The notes: generated from the sequence alone by a model not told the origin. A DNA stretch of 64,000 nucleotides from Camelus dromedarius (GCF_036321535.1 NC_087455.1:10602001-10666000), one strand, 5' to 3'; positions 25,171 to 37,944 are shown, counted from the stretch's first letter. A program made the numbers and translations.

Positions 25171-25784
25171 CAAGCAGGAGGAGGGAGGCTGAAAGCTCAC
25201 GGATCAGAGCACACACACCAGCTTCTCCCATCTCTCCGAGATAAGCCTGGCAGTTTTCTGTATCTTTCTGAGCCTCAGTTTCTTCACATGTAAAAGTGAG
25301 GTTATACTCACTCCCCCAGATGCGAAGGTCAATCAGGCTTTTATAAACACCAGCCATTAAGCAGCCCCATGGCTGGTCATGAAGAAGCCTGGTCTCAGCC
25401 TCAGCCTGGCAGGCCCCAGGGGCCCGGGCACCCCTATGGGGGATCAGGGCCAGGGTGCTAAGCCACCTCCAGGAATGATGGCTGGGGTGCCGGTGTAGGT
25501 GCGGGGCAGGGCTGCATCCACCACCCCTCCCTTCACTAGGGTATGTGTTAACAGTCACCACAGGGGCCTATCAGTTAATTAAATTTAAAAAACAAACAAA
25601 AAAAGGTCAGGCCTGCTCTGGCAGAAGTCTAGGGGAACAGGGGTCAGAGAAATGGGTTCTTCCAAGCCGTTAATAAAGACAGACTTGGGAGAGGAGATTA
25701 GGCCAAGCAGAAATGAAAACTGGCCATGCGATCACACAGAAAAAACCAGAGGAGCCAATGTGGACCCAGGAAACGGAAGCGCTA

Positions 25785-25985
25785 GTAGCAGCACCAGCCC
25801 CACCAGGAGCAGCAGGACCAGAACCGACACCAATAGCCCTGCAGGGCCCGCAGCAACGCCACCAACACCAGCAACAGTGCACCACTGGCACCTCCAGCAC
25901 CTGCAGCAGCGCCAGGACCACCAGGACCAGCAGGACCAGCCCCACCGGGACCACCGGGACCAGCAGCTGCACCAGCAGCGCCCCT
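25785..25985. repeat. Degenerate (CCA/GCA/GGA)n trinucleotide-type low-complexity repeat
   Basis: gcagcaccagccccaccaggagcagcaggacca...ccaggaccaccaggaccagcaggaccagccccaccgggaccaccgggaccagcagc. Confidence 0.85.
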
Positions 25986-27344
25986 GGCCACCCCCTGCCA
26001 GGTCACTGATGAGTCCCGGGCCTGCTGGGTCTGGCCTGGGCAGCATCATCCTGGCTCATACTTGTCATCCCAAAGTAAATGCTGCTGCTTTAACTCCAAG
26101 CCTAGAAGAGAAATTAGATAGTCTCCCTACCAATGAGGGTACCAAGGCCCAGAGAAGGGAGATGGTGTACCGGAGGTCACAGTCAGTGGGGGGCCAAGGA
26201 GAGAGCAGAAGCTGTGTCTTTCAGTTGCAAGCAGTGTGGCCCAAGGGCTTTGGCATCTGAGAGAACTGCGTTCCGATCCTGCCCGAGGACCCTGGGGAGA
26301 CCTGCTCTGCCTCTCTGGGCTTCCAGTTACTTCAACACTAAAGAAGACTGTTCCAGTGCCTCTCCGTAGGTCTGGTCTGGAGCTGGGCCAGAACAGGGTC
26401 TCCCATGTGCACTGCACAGAGTATGGCTTAACAAATGGTGATTACTTCCATGTCCATAAGGAGCAGCCTCACAGATGGGGCAGCTGCTCAGAGCAGCCAG
26501 GAAGGAGGGGAGCGGGCGTCTTATTTCTCACAGGGACGATTCTGTGTCTTCTGGTGCCCAAGCAGCCCCCTGCCCCCTCCCAGGAGGAGTGTGATATAAC
26601 CCAGACCACCACAATGGGGTTGTCCTAGGGAGTCACTGATAAAAGGAGGAAAAAGCAGGGCTGTGGGCTGTGTGATAAGGGAGGGCTGCTGCAGCGGGAG
26701 GGTGGGGAGACAGCAGAAGAGGTGCAAGGGGCCTGTGAGGGCAGAGAGGAAGGGGCAGTGCTGGGTCTCCCCTTTTCTGGCTGAGCCCCTCAAGTCCCCA
26801 GGACAGCTCTGCTCACCACTGCCAGCCCAGCCAAACCTCCCAGCCCTCCCAGTTCCCTCAGACCCTCAAGAGCCTCCTCCCTGGATGACTCCGCTCTCCC
26901 TGCCCTGCCTGGTCATGGACAGCCACGAGCACAGCACCCATCACACCGTGCTGCAGACTCCTAGGTACCCAAGGGCACAGGCTCCTGGCAGACCAGGAGC
27001 CTCCGGGGCTCTACCGCGGTCCTGATCGCACCTGGTCCCAGGACCCAGCGTGGGGCTGCTCCTCCACGAGGGGACATAGAGTTCTTCCTGAAAGTCTGTC
27101 TCTTCCAGATGACAAGCCCCCAGTTCTAAGGACCCCAAGAGCATTCCACAGCCGGCAGGCAATGCTCGCCATGCACGCACGTGCGCACACACATCCTTCT
27201 CAGAGTCCTGTTCTGCTTTCTCTTGGATAAACCACCTTGGGCAAGTTATATGGCCCCTAAAAGCCTCAAAGTTCTCAGCTGTAAAATGGGCACACCATTG
27301 CCCATCCAGTGGAACTGCTGGGCTGATTCAGTTATATAGATGCT

Positions 27345-27599
27345 TGGAGGGGAGGGATAAATTAGGAGTTTGGAATTAACAGATACACACTACTATACAT
27401 AAAATAGATAAACGACAAGGACCTACTGCATAGCACAGGGAACTATATCCAATTTCTTTAATAACCTACAATGGAAAAGAATTTGGAAAAGAATATACAT
27501 ATATGTATAACTGAATCCCATTGCTATACACCCTGACACTAACTCAACACTGTAAATCAACTATACTACAATAAAAAAAAATTAATGCATTTTTTAAAA
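27345..27599 (+). mobile_element. 5'-truncated cetartiodactyl-type L1 3' end with a perfect 15-bp TSD, inserted in a MIR
   Basis: agttatatagatgct at 27330-27344 and 27600-27614; body ggagtttggaattaacagatacacactact...gcatagcacagggaactatatcc...aacactgtaaatcaactatac; upstream MIR core ctcagctgtaaaatggg. Confidence 0.95.
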
Positions 27600-27699
27600 A
27601 GTTATATAGATGCTCAAAAAGTGTGTCTTCCTTTGGTCTGTCATTTTCACAGAAGCTGAAAAAAACCCACTGAGTCACCATCTGATCTGATTAACTATG

Positions 27700-27800
27700 A
27701 TGCAATAAATAAGATGCCTACTGTGTGTTGGCCTGTGAACAAGGCAAGCATGTCTCCTGACCGCAGAGAGATCACTGTCTAGAGTGGGAGAAAGACAAGC
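27700..27800 (-). mobile_element. L2 fragment
   Basis: aagatgcctactgtgtgttggcc...gaacaaggcaagcatgtctcctgacc..gagagatcactgtctagagtgggag. Confidence 0.55.
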
Positions 27801-29979
27801 ACTCAAGTATCTTGCATGAATGAATGTAGCATTAGCACACGTGGAGGGGCTGTGGGCCAGGAGAGTGTGGGTAACCACAGGGACGGCATTTCCACAAGGA
27901 GGTCGGGGAAAGCGTGCTGAGCAGTGCCACCAGGCATGAGCAGAACCGGAAACCCAACCAGAATCACACCCCAGGCCCCACCCCACACGCCATCTCAGCA
28001 GCCAAGTACCACGTGGCCCCAGGGGACCTGAGCGCACAGGGCACTGGCTGTTTGAGCTGCCACTCTCTAGTAGGCAACATCCCGACATCCCAACACCAAC
28101 CTCACAGCTGCCAGGTCAGGCCCCAGGAGCCGGCCCTTCCACTTGTCAGCTGCAGAACCACCAGGTCCAAGTCCGGCTGCTCCCTCCCTCACGCTGACAC
28201 AAGGCCCCTTTCCCTCATCTGCTGCTGGCCTGACCCTTGGCCTGCCCATGGGATCCCGGGACTGGGACCTTGGATCAACTATCCATGCCAACCAGCAGTG
28301 CCCAGTTTAATGTCCAGCACAGCCCACCTGGCTCTACTCAGAAAGACTTTCAAGACTCCAGCAACACCCTCCTTCCCGGAAGCCTCACCCAGCCAGCCAT
28401 GAGCGACCCTCCCCACCGTGTGCTGAGTGTCTGCTACGTGCCAGGCACGATGCTCCCTGTCAGCACAGGCGTGACTGGGGAGCCTCGGCACCAAGCCTAT
28501 GAAGGACGGCAATATGTCACCCCCACTGAAGAGAGACGGGCACAGGATCCAGCAGTCACTGGCCCGAGTCACACCGTGGGCACGGTGACAGACTCAAACC
28601 CAAGCCCCTGCGGCTCCAAGGGCACCTGGCTGATGCTCAGTTCTCGGTTTCTAGCTGTGAGCGCAGAGCCAAGATCTTCTCTCCCCGCCCACACCCTCCC
28701 TACTGCCTCTCCAGTGTCTTAATTCACTAACGAGCATGTCTTAATTCACCCTCTCTGCAGCAGGAGACACATGTCAGGCACAGTACTGTGTCTGCGAGAC
28801 ACAGAGCCACGCGGAAGAGGTCCCAGCCTTCCAGTCACTCACGGCCTCAGAGATGGGGACGGACACACGAGCCAGGAAAACCAGCAAAGGACGACGGGCA
28901 CGTGACACTCATCGGTGGTGGCTCTGAGGAGGCACCTTTCCCCTTCCATCTGTCTCCCCGACACCCCAGCACCATGCAGACACACAGAGCAAGCTCCTTA
29001 AACACCAGTTCCTTCTGAGAGCCAGTCCCCTCTCTCCCACCGGCCCGGGCGGTGGCACCTGAAGCCCAGGTGGGTGCCTGGCAGAACACGCAGGAGATAC
29101 GTGCACAAGAAGGAGCAGGGCCTTACGTTTCACAGGAGCCCCCAGGACAGCCGGCAGAGACCCAGCCAAACGTTCCTGTCGGAGATGAGGCACACGGGCT
29201 GCAGGAAACCACGCGGATGCCGCCAGGGCCTTCCTTAAAACCACGGAGAGCATCCAGAGGTGCGGCAGGTGTGGGTCACTCAGGACACTGCTTCCACCAG
29301 TGTTATTCCCAGGCGGCCGGGTATCACTGTAAATCCATAAGGTTCAGCATAGCCTTGAAGGACGCTCCACGCAGCTGACAGGAGCGGCCATCTTGAGGGG
29401 GCATCTTTTTAATTCCTTTCTGGTCCAGAGATCAGGCCTGGGGATGGGAAGGAGAAGGATCAATCTTGTTACAATCACGGACCCAGAGCACTAGTCAGTT
29501 ATTCTTCCTTCTTTACGTATGACTTAATAATACGCAGAGCGAGGAACTCACTCAAAATAACGCCCTGCAGCTCTGACACTGAAATAGAGGTGAGCCGGGG
29601 AGGGGGAGGGGGGGCGTCACCTCCCACAGGCACTGAATACCTCTCTTCAGTGGAAAGGGAACTTTCCACTGCCCAGGACTCCTCCTTAGGAAATACCCAA
29701 GATGGGCAGAAAAGCTGAGAAGTGTCCATTATGAAGAGGACAGAAGGTTCCGGAAAGGTTAGCTGGCTGGCTCAGGGAGTTACCAGCCGGGCCTGGCACA
29801 CTGCCCTGAGCTCCCTGCAGGGCCAGAGAGGTCCCGGCTGAGGGGGCTTGGGGTCAGCTGGTAGGAAGTCATTCTTTGTTTTGTTTCTTTTTAAAGAAAA
29901 CCACAAAACCCTGGCATCCGTCCCGGCCTTGCTCTGCAGTGTGAGCATCTTCAGGACAGAGCCTGGGGCCTGTTCTTTT

Positions 29980-30130
29980 TTTGTTCATTCACTCAGCAAC
30001 TACTGAGTGCCTACGAGGTGCACAGTGCCACCCCAGCTATACGGGGGAACCTTGGTTCCCCAGCCCAGGGTACTTAAGTCACTCTAAAGATAACAGCACC
30101 AGATGGTTCCTTGATGCTCAAGGCTTGCAG
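29980..30130 (-). mobile_element. L2 3' end fragment
   Basis: ttcattcactcagcaactactgagtgcctacgaggtgcac. Confidence 0.65.
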
Positions 30131-30439
30131 CCCAACAGACACCAGCCCACCAGCGATAAGAGTAACTGCCCGCTACGGAGTGCCAGTTACTCGCCCTGCT
30201 GAAAGCTCCGGCCCACATCTGATACCATCCCCAACCACCCCGGGACTCCTGCCCATATTGTCCAGATGAGGAAACAGGCAACTAGTAAGACAACTGGTAA
30301 GAATGGAGCCAGAATCTGAGGCCAGACCATCTGTCTCCCAAGTCTGCGCCCTGATCTGGGACACCTGCCCCAGTGGCTGTAGCTGAAGCTTACTTCCAGG
30401 CCTTCCACAGGCACGGAATCCTCCTTAAAGCCTCACCAT

Positions 30440-30590
30440 CACCCTATGTGTTCTAATCTAGTCTTACCCAGTTTTACAGATGAGAAAGCTGTGGCCCAGA
30501 CAGTTAAGCCACTCGCCCGAGGTCACACAGCTAGAAAAACCACAGAACAGGGATTTGAAGTCAGGCAGCCTGGCTCTAAAGTCCATGGAC
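30440..30590 (-). mobile_element. MIR fragment
   Basis: cccagttttacagatgagaaagctgtggcccagacagttaagccactcgcccgaggtcacacagctag...gggatttgaagtcaggcagcctggctct. Confidence 0.85.
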
Positions 30591-30619
30591 TTGATTGACT
30601 ATTATACCAACTGCCCAGC

Positions 30620-31110
30620 AACTGCAACCATCGCGGCAATTACAAATCTCCTCTCACTCAGTGGTGTAAGACAACATGATTCAGTCTCGTGCAGGTCTGG
30701 AGGCCGAAAGTCCGACACAGGTCTCCCTATAAGCTAAGATCAAGGTGTTGGCAGGCTGCGCCCCTTTCGGAAGGTTCTAAGAAGAACCCGTCGCTCTTTT
30801 CCAGCTTCTAGAGGTCGCCCACATCCCCTGGCTAGTGGCCCCTTCCTCCATCTTCCTCCATCACAGCATTTCTCTGACCCTGTTTCCACCATCTCATCTC
30901 CTCTGACTCTTCTGCCTCCCTCTTCCACTTCTAAGGACCCGTGAGATTACCCTGGGCCCACCCCGATGATCCAAGGTCACAGCCAGATGATCTAAAGGTC
31001 CTGAACCTTAATCGTATCTGCAAGTCCCATTTGATGAGTAAGGTGACATGTTCTGAGGGTCTGAGGACTAGGACATGGGCATTTTGGGGGGTCATCATTC
31101 CATCCATCAT
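30620..31110 (-). mobile_element. MLT1 (MLT1C/D-like) MaLR LTR
   Basis: ctaagatcaaggtgttggcaggctg...ttttccagcttctagaggtcgcccacatcccctggctagtggccccttcctccatcttc...ccttaatcgtatctgcaagtccc. Confidence 0.9.
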
Positions 31111-31143
31111 AGCAACCATGACAAATGGCAACTTTCCTCTGTT

Positions 31144-31332
31144 GTTTTTTTTATTTACTTATTTTTATTTTTAAATTTAACTTTTTAAATTTTTTTGGAG
31201 GGGAGAGGTCATTAGGTCTATTTATTTATTACTAGTTTTTTGTTTTTTTTTAAATGGAGGTACTGGGGATTGAACTCAGGACCTCATGCATGCTAAGCAC
31301 GCTCTCTACCACTTGAACTATACCCTACCCAC
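31144..31332 (-). mobile_element. Camelid vic-1-type tRNA-derived SINE with 8-bp TSD
   Basis: Reverse complement gggtagggtatagttcaagtggtagagagcgtgcttagcatgcatgaggtcctgagttcaatccccagtacctcca, then an A-rich tail containing acctaatgacctctcccc; TSD cctctgtt at 31136-31143 and 31333-31340. Confidence 0.92.
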
Positions 31333-31484
31333 CCTCTGTTTCAAGCATTCTTCAGTGACCAGGGGTCACAGAGTGAGGTCCCCTTACCCCAGTTTAAACC
31401 AACCTCACACAGCTTTTAGACCCAAGAGAAAGATGGGCTCAAAAAGTAGCTTAAATGTCTAAATATCAACCCCTAAGAGAAAAG

Positions 31485-31700
31485 TACAGAACAGTGGTCC
31501 AAAGATTAGAGTCTGAAGTTAAGCTACCAAATTTACCAGCTGTGTTACTCTGAGGAAATATTTTTAACCCTTAGTTTTCTCACCTGTAACAGGGGAGTAA
31601 ATCACATCTACTTGCTTCACGGAACTGCCGTGAGGCTGACATGAACTATTCCACGAAAAGCACTGGGCACGTTGCCGGGCACATGTGAAGAACTGGATGC
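31485..31700 (+). mobile_element. MIR SINE
   Basis: ccagctgtgttactctgagg...ttagttttctcacctgtaacagggg...ctgccgtgaggctgacatga. Confidence 0.75.
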
Positions 31701-32289
31701 TAGCCATGATTTCACGTATCAAACGGAGGGAGCCTCCCCCGAGGATGGTGTGTCCCAGGACCGCTCACACTCGCCCCTTTTTTCCTCCTCGGCTCCCACC
31801 GCAAGCCCCTAGAAGCAGGATGGCACCAGGAGGTCAGGACTGGCGTCGGGTCAGCCAAGAAGGGGCTGCTGGCAGCGGGAAGGGGAGCAGAAATTTATGG
31901 CACCAGCTCAAGTTAACAGCAGGGGAGAGAAGGGGGGACACAGCCTGTTAAACAGTAACTGAGGCCCCCAGGCAAATCTGAAGCCACGTTTGTTCTGCTG
32001 GGGTCGGGTACACTAAAGCTCTGTCACCTGGGGAAGCACTATTCCACGGTCTGTTGGGAATTACTGCCGCAGAGCAGTGGTCCCTGACCAGGGGCGGGGG
32101 CGCCGCCGGTGCTCCCGCGCCACAGGGCCCGCCGGCGACAATGCGGGACGGGGCGGGGGTGGGGGGCGCAGCACACCACACACCACTCAGCACGGCCGCT
32201 GGCACCATCCAACAGCCACGCTTCTCTCGTAGGGAGCATTTTTGTCTCCTCCTCTGCTCGGTTATTCCTTTCAGGTCACCTGCTCTTTT

Positions 32290-32582
32290 TTGTCGCAGAG
32301 CGGCCAAAATTAAAAAAGACAACACCCAGGACTGGCTCTGAGGCAGAAGCGGCATATCCATACCAGCTGGTGGACAAACATTCTGAAGAAAGACAGACAA
32401 CCGCTCTGGGAAAGTGCTTTGCGCAATGCGCTAACGCTGAGTATGTGCTTTCCACGTGTCACCCTCAGGCACAAACCCACAGAAACGTGTACCCGCGCTC
32501 GCCAGAAGACGTGTCACAGGGTGTTCAGGGCAGCCAGACACCAGCAGCTGCTCAAACACCCAGCCGCAGGAGAACGGATTTT

Positions 32583-32619
<37 letters not shown>

Positions 32620-32985
32620 CACACAAACACACACGCACACCCCCAGTGGAATATTACAGAGCAATAAGAATGACCAGCAACGGCGCACAGCCTGTGAAAA
32701 CACCTCACAAACGTAACTTTGAGTGAAAGAAGCCAGACACCACGAAATGCACTGGGACACTATTCATAGTAAATACGTACACACGTCAAACTCATCCACG
32801 CTGTTAGAAGTCAGGACAAGGCTAGCTGAGCGAGGCGGGAGGAACAGTTAGACTGGAAGGGGCCAGGAGAGGGATCCTGACACGCCGGTGGTGACCTATC
32901 CGCCCAGGTGGGTGTTTTATCAAGCTGTCTCACAGACTCAGGATATGAGTGCTTTTTTATGCATGTTACCTCAATAAAAAGTGAA
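32290..32985 (+). mobile_element. L1ME-type 3' UTR fossil with an embedded (CA)n (about 32586-32640)
   Basis: cagtggaatattacagagcaataagaatga, ctttgagtgaaagaagccagacac, ctgttagaagtcaggac, tttttatgcatgttacctcaataaaaagt. Confidence 0.8.
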
Positions 32986-35973
32986 CCAACCTTTTTCTTT
33001 AATGTCTCCTGTGAAAGGACGTTTGCTGGAATACTGAAGACTTGGGAGCACCCACTCAAGGCCTGGGAATGGCCCCTTCCAGGTTTCCCTGCTTCCTGTC
33101 CCCCCCCCGGCCCCCGGTATTTTCATGCCCCACTGCCTGACAGCTGACCCTGTCCCCGGAGGGCGCTCAGGGGAACACTTCACAAATAAGCCTGCCTTGG
33201 CCTGGTGACCCGGAATTTGACACGGAATTGCCCCACAAGAAATTCGGCCCCCAGCCTGATTCCTTTGGCTGCCTGGGTTCCCATGGCGGGGCAGTGGGTG
33301 CTGGGGCAGAGAAGGAGAGGCTGGACCACCATGAACATGAGAAGCCCCAGAAGATCAGAGCACAATAAGCCTCAGAAATAATCTGGTTCCATTTCCTCAC
33401 TGTTTGGCTGAGAAACAAGGCCCAGAGAGGTAAAGTGACTTTCCCAAGATGGCCCAGCTAAGACCTGTAAGGTGCAGAAGAAGGAAATCTCAAGTGAGAA
33501 GGCGGGCTGGGCACACGGCGCCTGGGAGAGGAACTGCTCCTTAAGTTGGCAGGCGCCAGGGCGCTGTCCAAAGGCAGGATGACCAGAGGCCCCGCAGAGC
33601 AGGTCACGACCTCATCTCCCACAAGCTGGCTCCGAGAGTGCTGGTTGTACTTTGTCACGTAACCGCAACGCTGTGAGGCATGAACTGCTTTCAAAGGAGG
33701 ACCCTGGCACACGGCAAGCTGGGCGCCCAAAGCCGTGCGGGGAGTCAGAGGGGCAGCTGAGATGTGAGGCCAGGCCCTCGGCCTCCACGGTCCTTCTGCT
33801 TAACCCCTGGGCGGTGCTGCCTAGGACGGGCTATGTGGTGGGAAAGACTGGGGCTAGGGCAATAGGAGAAGAAGGTTCTGGAAGACAGAGTTGGGGAGGG
33901 TGGGCGCTCAGTCACTAGAAAAGATAACGAATGGAGGCTCAGGAGGCATTGATACCCACTGCGGGGACTGCCCGCAACGGCCCCCAGCCCACGACCTGTC
34001 GGTGGGCCCTGAGTCTTGCTGTCTCCTGCAGCAAGTCCTGCATGTTGCCCACGGCTCGCTCCTCTGACGGCTCCTCGTCAGGGCGGGACGGCATTCCCGC
34101 CAGGCCCAGGCCTGACAGGATGGGAGTAGGGAGGTGGGCTCTCCCCAAAGCAACTGACCCCTGACCGCTTCTCCCCACCTGTGGAGGGGAGGACAGATGG
34201 TCCTGGAGGAACCTGTCTGTGGCACCCACCCAGGCAGGACCCGGACACTTGTCACAGACTGTCCTACAGACCCACCAGGACGAGGTCCCCAGCAGCTCTG
34301 GGTGTGCAACTGTCCTGGTGACAGATCGCGGGATTGCTTCCCAATAGTCTTGTTCTACAAATGACAAACTATTTTTTTTAATTCCTTTTGTTTGCTTTTG
34401 TCCATAAAGTCCCCAGGGAAAGGTCAGCAAAGACCCAGTTTTCAATCAAATCCCCACAAACAAAGAGGGCAGAGTGCCATGGAACTGAGCCACCAGAGAT
34501 TCGAGGAGACAGTTCTTACAGGACAGCAGGACCCCAACAGAGAAGCTCCAGGGCACACTGTGTTCTCCAAGACATTAACTTTGAAGGAGACTCAGGATCT
34601 CCCAGGGGTCCCTGCCTGCAAAGAGCTTCAAATCTCATTAACGCAAAGGGGCTCTGGGAGACAAGGCGTCCTTGAAGGACTAAGCCCACAAGCCGCAGTG
34701 GACGTGCTCTGGGACCTCCGGGAGCCCCACGCGGGGTTGGGGCTGTTTGGGTGGACGGCTCACGTGCACCCTGGCAGGTGTGTAAGTTGGGAAGAAGGAA
34801 GAAGACACCAGAGGTGATGCTCCAAATAAGGAGGAAGATGAGAAACAGTATTTATTAATCACCAGTCACAGAAGAGGCCCCCTTTAATTCCCTCATGTAA
34901 TCCCCATAAATATTCCCAAATCCCAAAATTACAGAAACGTCAGCATGGGGAGGGTAGGCATCTTGCCCGATGTTACGCAGCTATCAAGGGGTGGAAATGA
35001 ACTCAGGACCCTCAGACTACAGGTCTCCTCCAGATTCATTACCCTACCGAACCCCAGCCTTGACTAAGGACTTGGGTCTAGTGCCCGGCACCCTGAGCTC
35101 CCAGGCTCTTGGGGGCTCGGGGGTTGGCTTCCTCTGCACAAGCTCCCTTCCTCCACATGGAACTCTTCACCTGGCAACCCTGCTGCACCTGCCCTTCCCC
35201 ACAGCCCACCACCCCACACATCCCACGATCATCACCTTTGTTCTACTGCTCTTTAAAACCTGGATTAGCTGAGCTTCCGGAGAGGTCACGCTTGTGACTT
35301 CGGAATGCACTTCTGACTTTCATGGAAAAAGTCTTCCCTTGAAATCACACAGGTACATTTCATTAAGTAAACTAGGGCAGTGATCTGCTTGCCCAGAGGG
35401 CACTGCGTAAATCCAAAGTGGAGGCGGTGGGGCAGGAGGAAGAGATGGCAGAACAAAAATCCAACAGACTGCGGGTGAGGCACAGGAAGTCATCCCAGTG
35501 CTCCATGGAGGAAAGGAGTTGTTTAAAACTTCCAGCAAGTGAAGCGGGGAAGCCGAGGGGCTTATACCCTCCTCTCCTCCTTTCTCTGGGCTCAGAAGGC
35601 AAACCCCACTTACCCCTCACCCCATCAGCATCTGGGGCCAGGAGACAGAGTGTAAGGGCAACATAAACATTTTCAAGGGAAAGAAAGGAGGGAAGGGGAC
35701 AGCGAGGGAAAGAATATTTTAAAATAAGCAGCAGAAATTCAAACACATTAAAAACATACCAGAACAGCAATCCAGATAAGAACTCTGACTTGGGAAACAA
35801 GTCTCCATAGCTACATGGGAGCAGGGTGGCATCGCAGCATTCATGGCAAGTCAAGTGCAACATCACATACACACACACACCACTGTGTGGGGTGTGTGTG
35901 AATCACTCTGTATTTACCAAGTGCTGGCACGGCTTGAGGTTCAGTACCAGGCTCATAAAACATTTCTCTGGGC

Positions 35974-36466
35974 CAGTGAGCCTCACATCTGAGTGTGCCT
36001 ACAAATCACCTAGGGGCTTGTCACAACACAGACCCCCAAGGTCCACCCACAGCAGTTCTGGCCAGTTGACATGAAGTGGGGTCTACTCTACAGGTCCCTC
36101 GGGCAACAGACATGCAGGATGATACAGTGATGTGGGGTGATCCAGTGATGCGGGGTGATACAGTGATGCGGGGTGATACAGTGATGCAGGATCATATAGT
36201 GATGCAGGCTGATACAGTGATGCAGGATCATATAGTGATGCAGGGTGATCCAGTGATGCAGGATCATATAGTGATGCAGGGTGATCCAGTGATGCAGGCT
36301 GATACAGTGATGCAGGATCATATAGTGATGCAGGGTGATCCAGTGATGCGGGGTGATACAGTGATGCAGGACAATAATGATGCAGGATGATACAGTGATG
36401 CAGGACAATAATGATGTAGGATCATGGTGATGCAGGGATGCTGCAGAACTCACTGAAGAAGCCCTG
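35974..36466 (+). mobile_element. MER5A (hAT-Charlie) interrupted by a minisatellite
   Basis: cagtgagcctcacatctgagtgtgcctacaaatcacctaggggcttgtcacaacacagac...ccacccacagcagttctg matches the MER5A 5' part; a decayed terminus ctcactgaagaagccctg follows the array. Confidence 0.65.
36112..36437. repeat. 18-bp minisatellite: 14 full units (36112-36363) plus degenerate units
   Basis: Units such as atgcggggtgatacagtg, atgcaggatcatatagtg, atgcagggtgatccagtg and atgcaggctgatacagtg read directly. Confidence 0.97.
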
Positions 36467-37944
36467 TTCCTGAGGGCTGACTGCTCCCTCTTCAGTATGA
36501 GGCCTTTGACATAAAGTGAAGGTGTGAGTGGCTGTTGCCAGCAGGGGAGTGAGGGGGCTGCCCTTAACGAGCACCCTTCTGTGCCAGCCCTGAGCCAGGC
36601 TCCTGATGCTCAGGGTCTTGATTCGTGCCCAACCACCTCTCGGAAGGCGTTAATAAACACATCTGACAGATGAGCCATGGAAGCTCACCGGAGTGGCTTG
36701 TCCAAGGTCACCTAACTAGGAAGTAGCAGAACTTGAAACTTCCTTTTGACTCAGAGAAGGAAAAAAATAAAATGGAAACAAATATAAATTCTGAAAATGT
36801 GGGGTGATTTAGAGGAGAGGCAGGAACTGGAAGAGAGGAAAAAAGAGAGAGAGAGAGAGAGATGAGATGCCTGAGCACTTACACGTGCCACACTTGGCCA
36901 CAGCTCTTCCAACCCACCAGTCAGGCTCCAGGGAACAGCAGCCCCAGCAGACCCCCTGGATCCCACAACCACAATGACAGGAGGAGAAACAGACCTCAGA
37001 CGGTGCAGGAGGGGATGACGTGCAACTTTCACAGTCACGGGTAACCTGATGGAAGAACCAACTAAAACACTCTGATTTTCTCCCAGGCACCATAAAAAGC
37101 TCAGTACAGCTCACAACACACAGCTCATCACTTCCTGCTGCTACAAACACACAGGCACCTTAACGGTCACGTCCAAAGAAACGCGCCCAATGAGAGCACA
37201 ACTGTGCCTCATAGCAAGTCGTGAGGGGGACGAAGACCTTCCTCATGGGATGAACGGTGCCACCCGACATATCTAACTGCATTGCTTCTCGGTCTCAAAC
37301 CCGCAGGATGGCAGTCAATTGCTTCACAATGAGGCTAAAGGTAATGCCCACAGCTAACACTTACAGACTGTCCTCTAGGTCAGAGGCAGCATACATCTCA
37401 TTTGGTGCACTGACAAAACCGCAAAACCCACAGCACAAGTGGTAAAGAGCAGAATGGGATTGAGGTCCCATGGTCCAATCTATTAAACTTCCAGCTTCAG
37501 CTCAGCCAGCCCTGCGGTCTGGCCACGCTGGACACATCACTCACTGACTCTCTCCTGGGCCTCTACTCCTGCTGTCTCTCCAACTGTTCAGCCCTCTTGG
37601 TGAACTCCTACTCATCCTGCAAAGCCCTTTCTCCATTACAAAGCTATGAGCGAGCAGCCTGAGGGTAGCAACTACGTCATCCTTAAGTTGTTTCCCAAAA
37701 CCCAATCCTGCAGCTGCTTGGGAGACAGTAGGTGTTCAATGTTTACGCTGGACATTCACCCACTAGACATTTACCGCCGACCTACTGTGTTAGTCACTGT
37801 GTTTGGCCAGAATGATGGAGACTTTTTAATGGAGAGGAGACAAAAAGATTCCAAAGGAAAAGTGAACAACACTGATCCACCAGATTCACAAAAGGAGTGG
37901 AGCAGAGAGATGCAAAGAGTCTGAAAGGGAAATATCCCCTTTGG

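Noticed and set aside
36076-36453. 104-aa (+) and 121-aa (-) repetitive ORFs; superficially CRISPR-like periodicity
   Set aside because: These are by-products of an 18-bp (in-frame) minisatellite. There are no unique spacers, the context is eukaryotic, and no cas genes are present.
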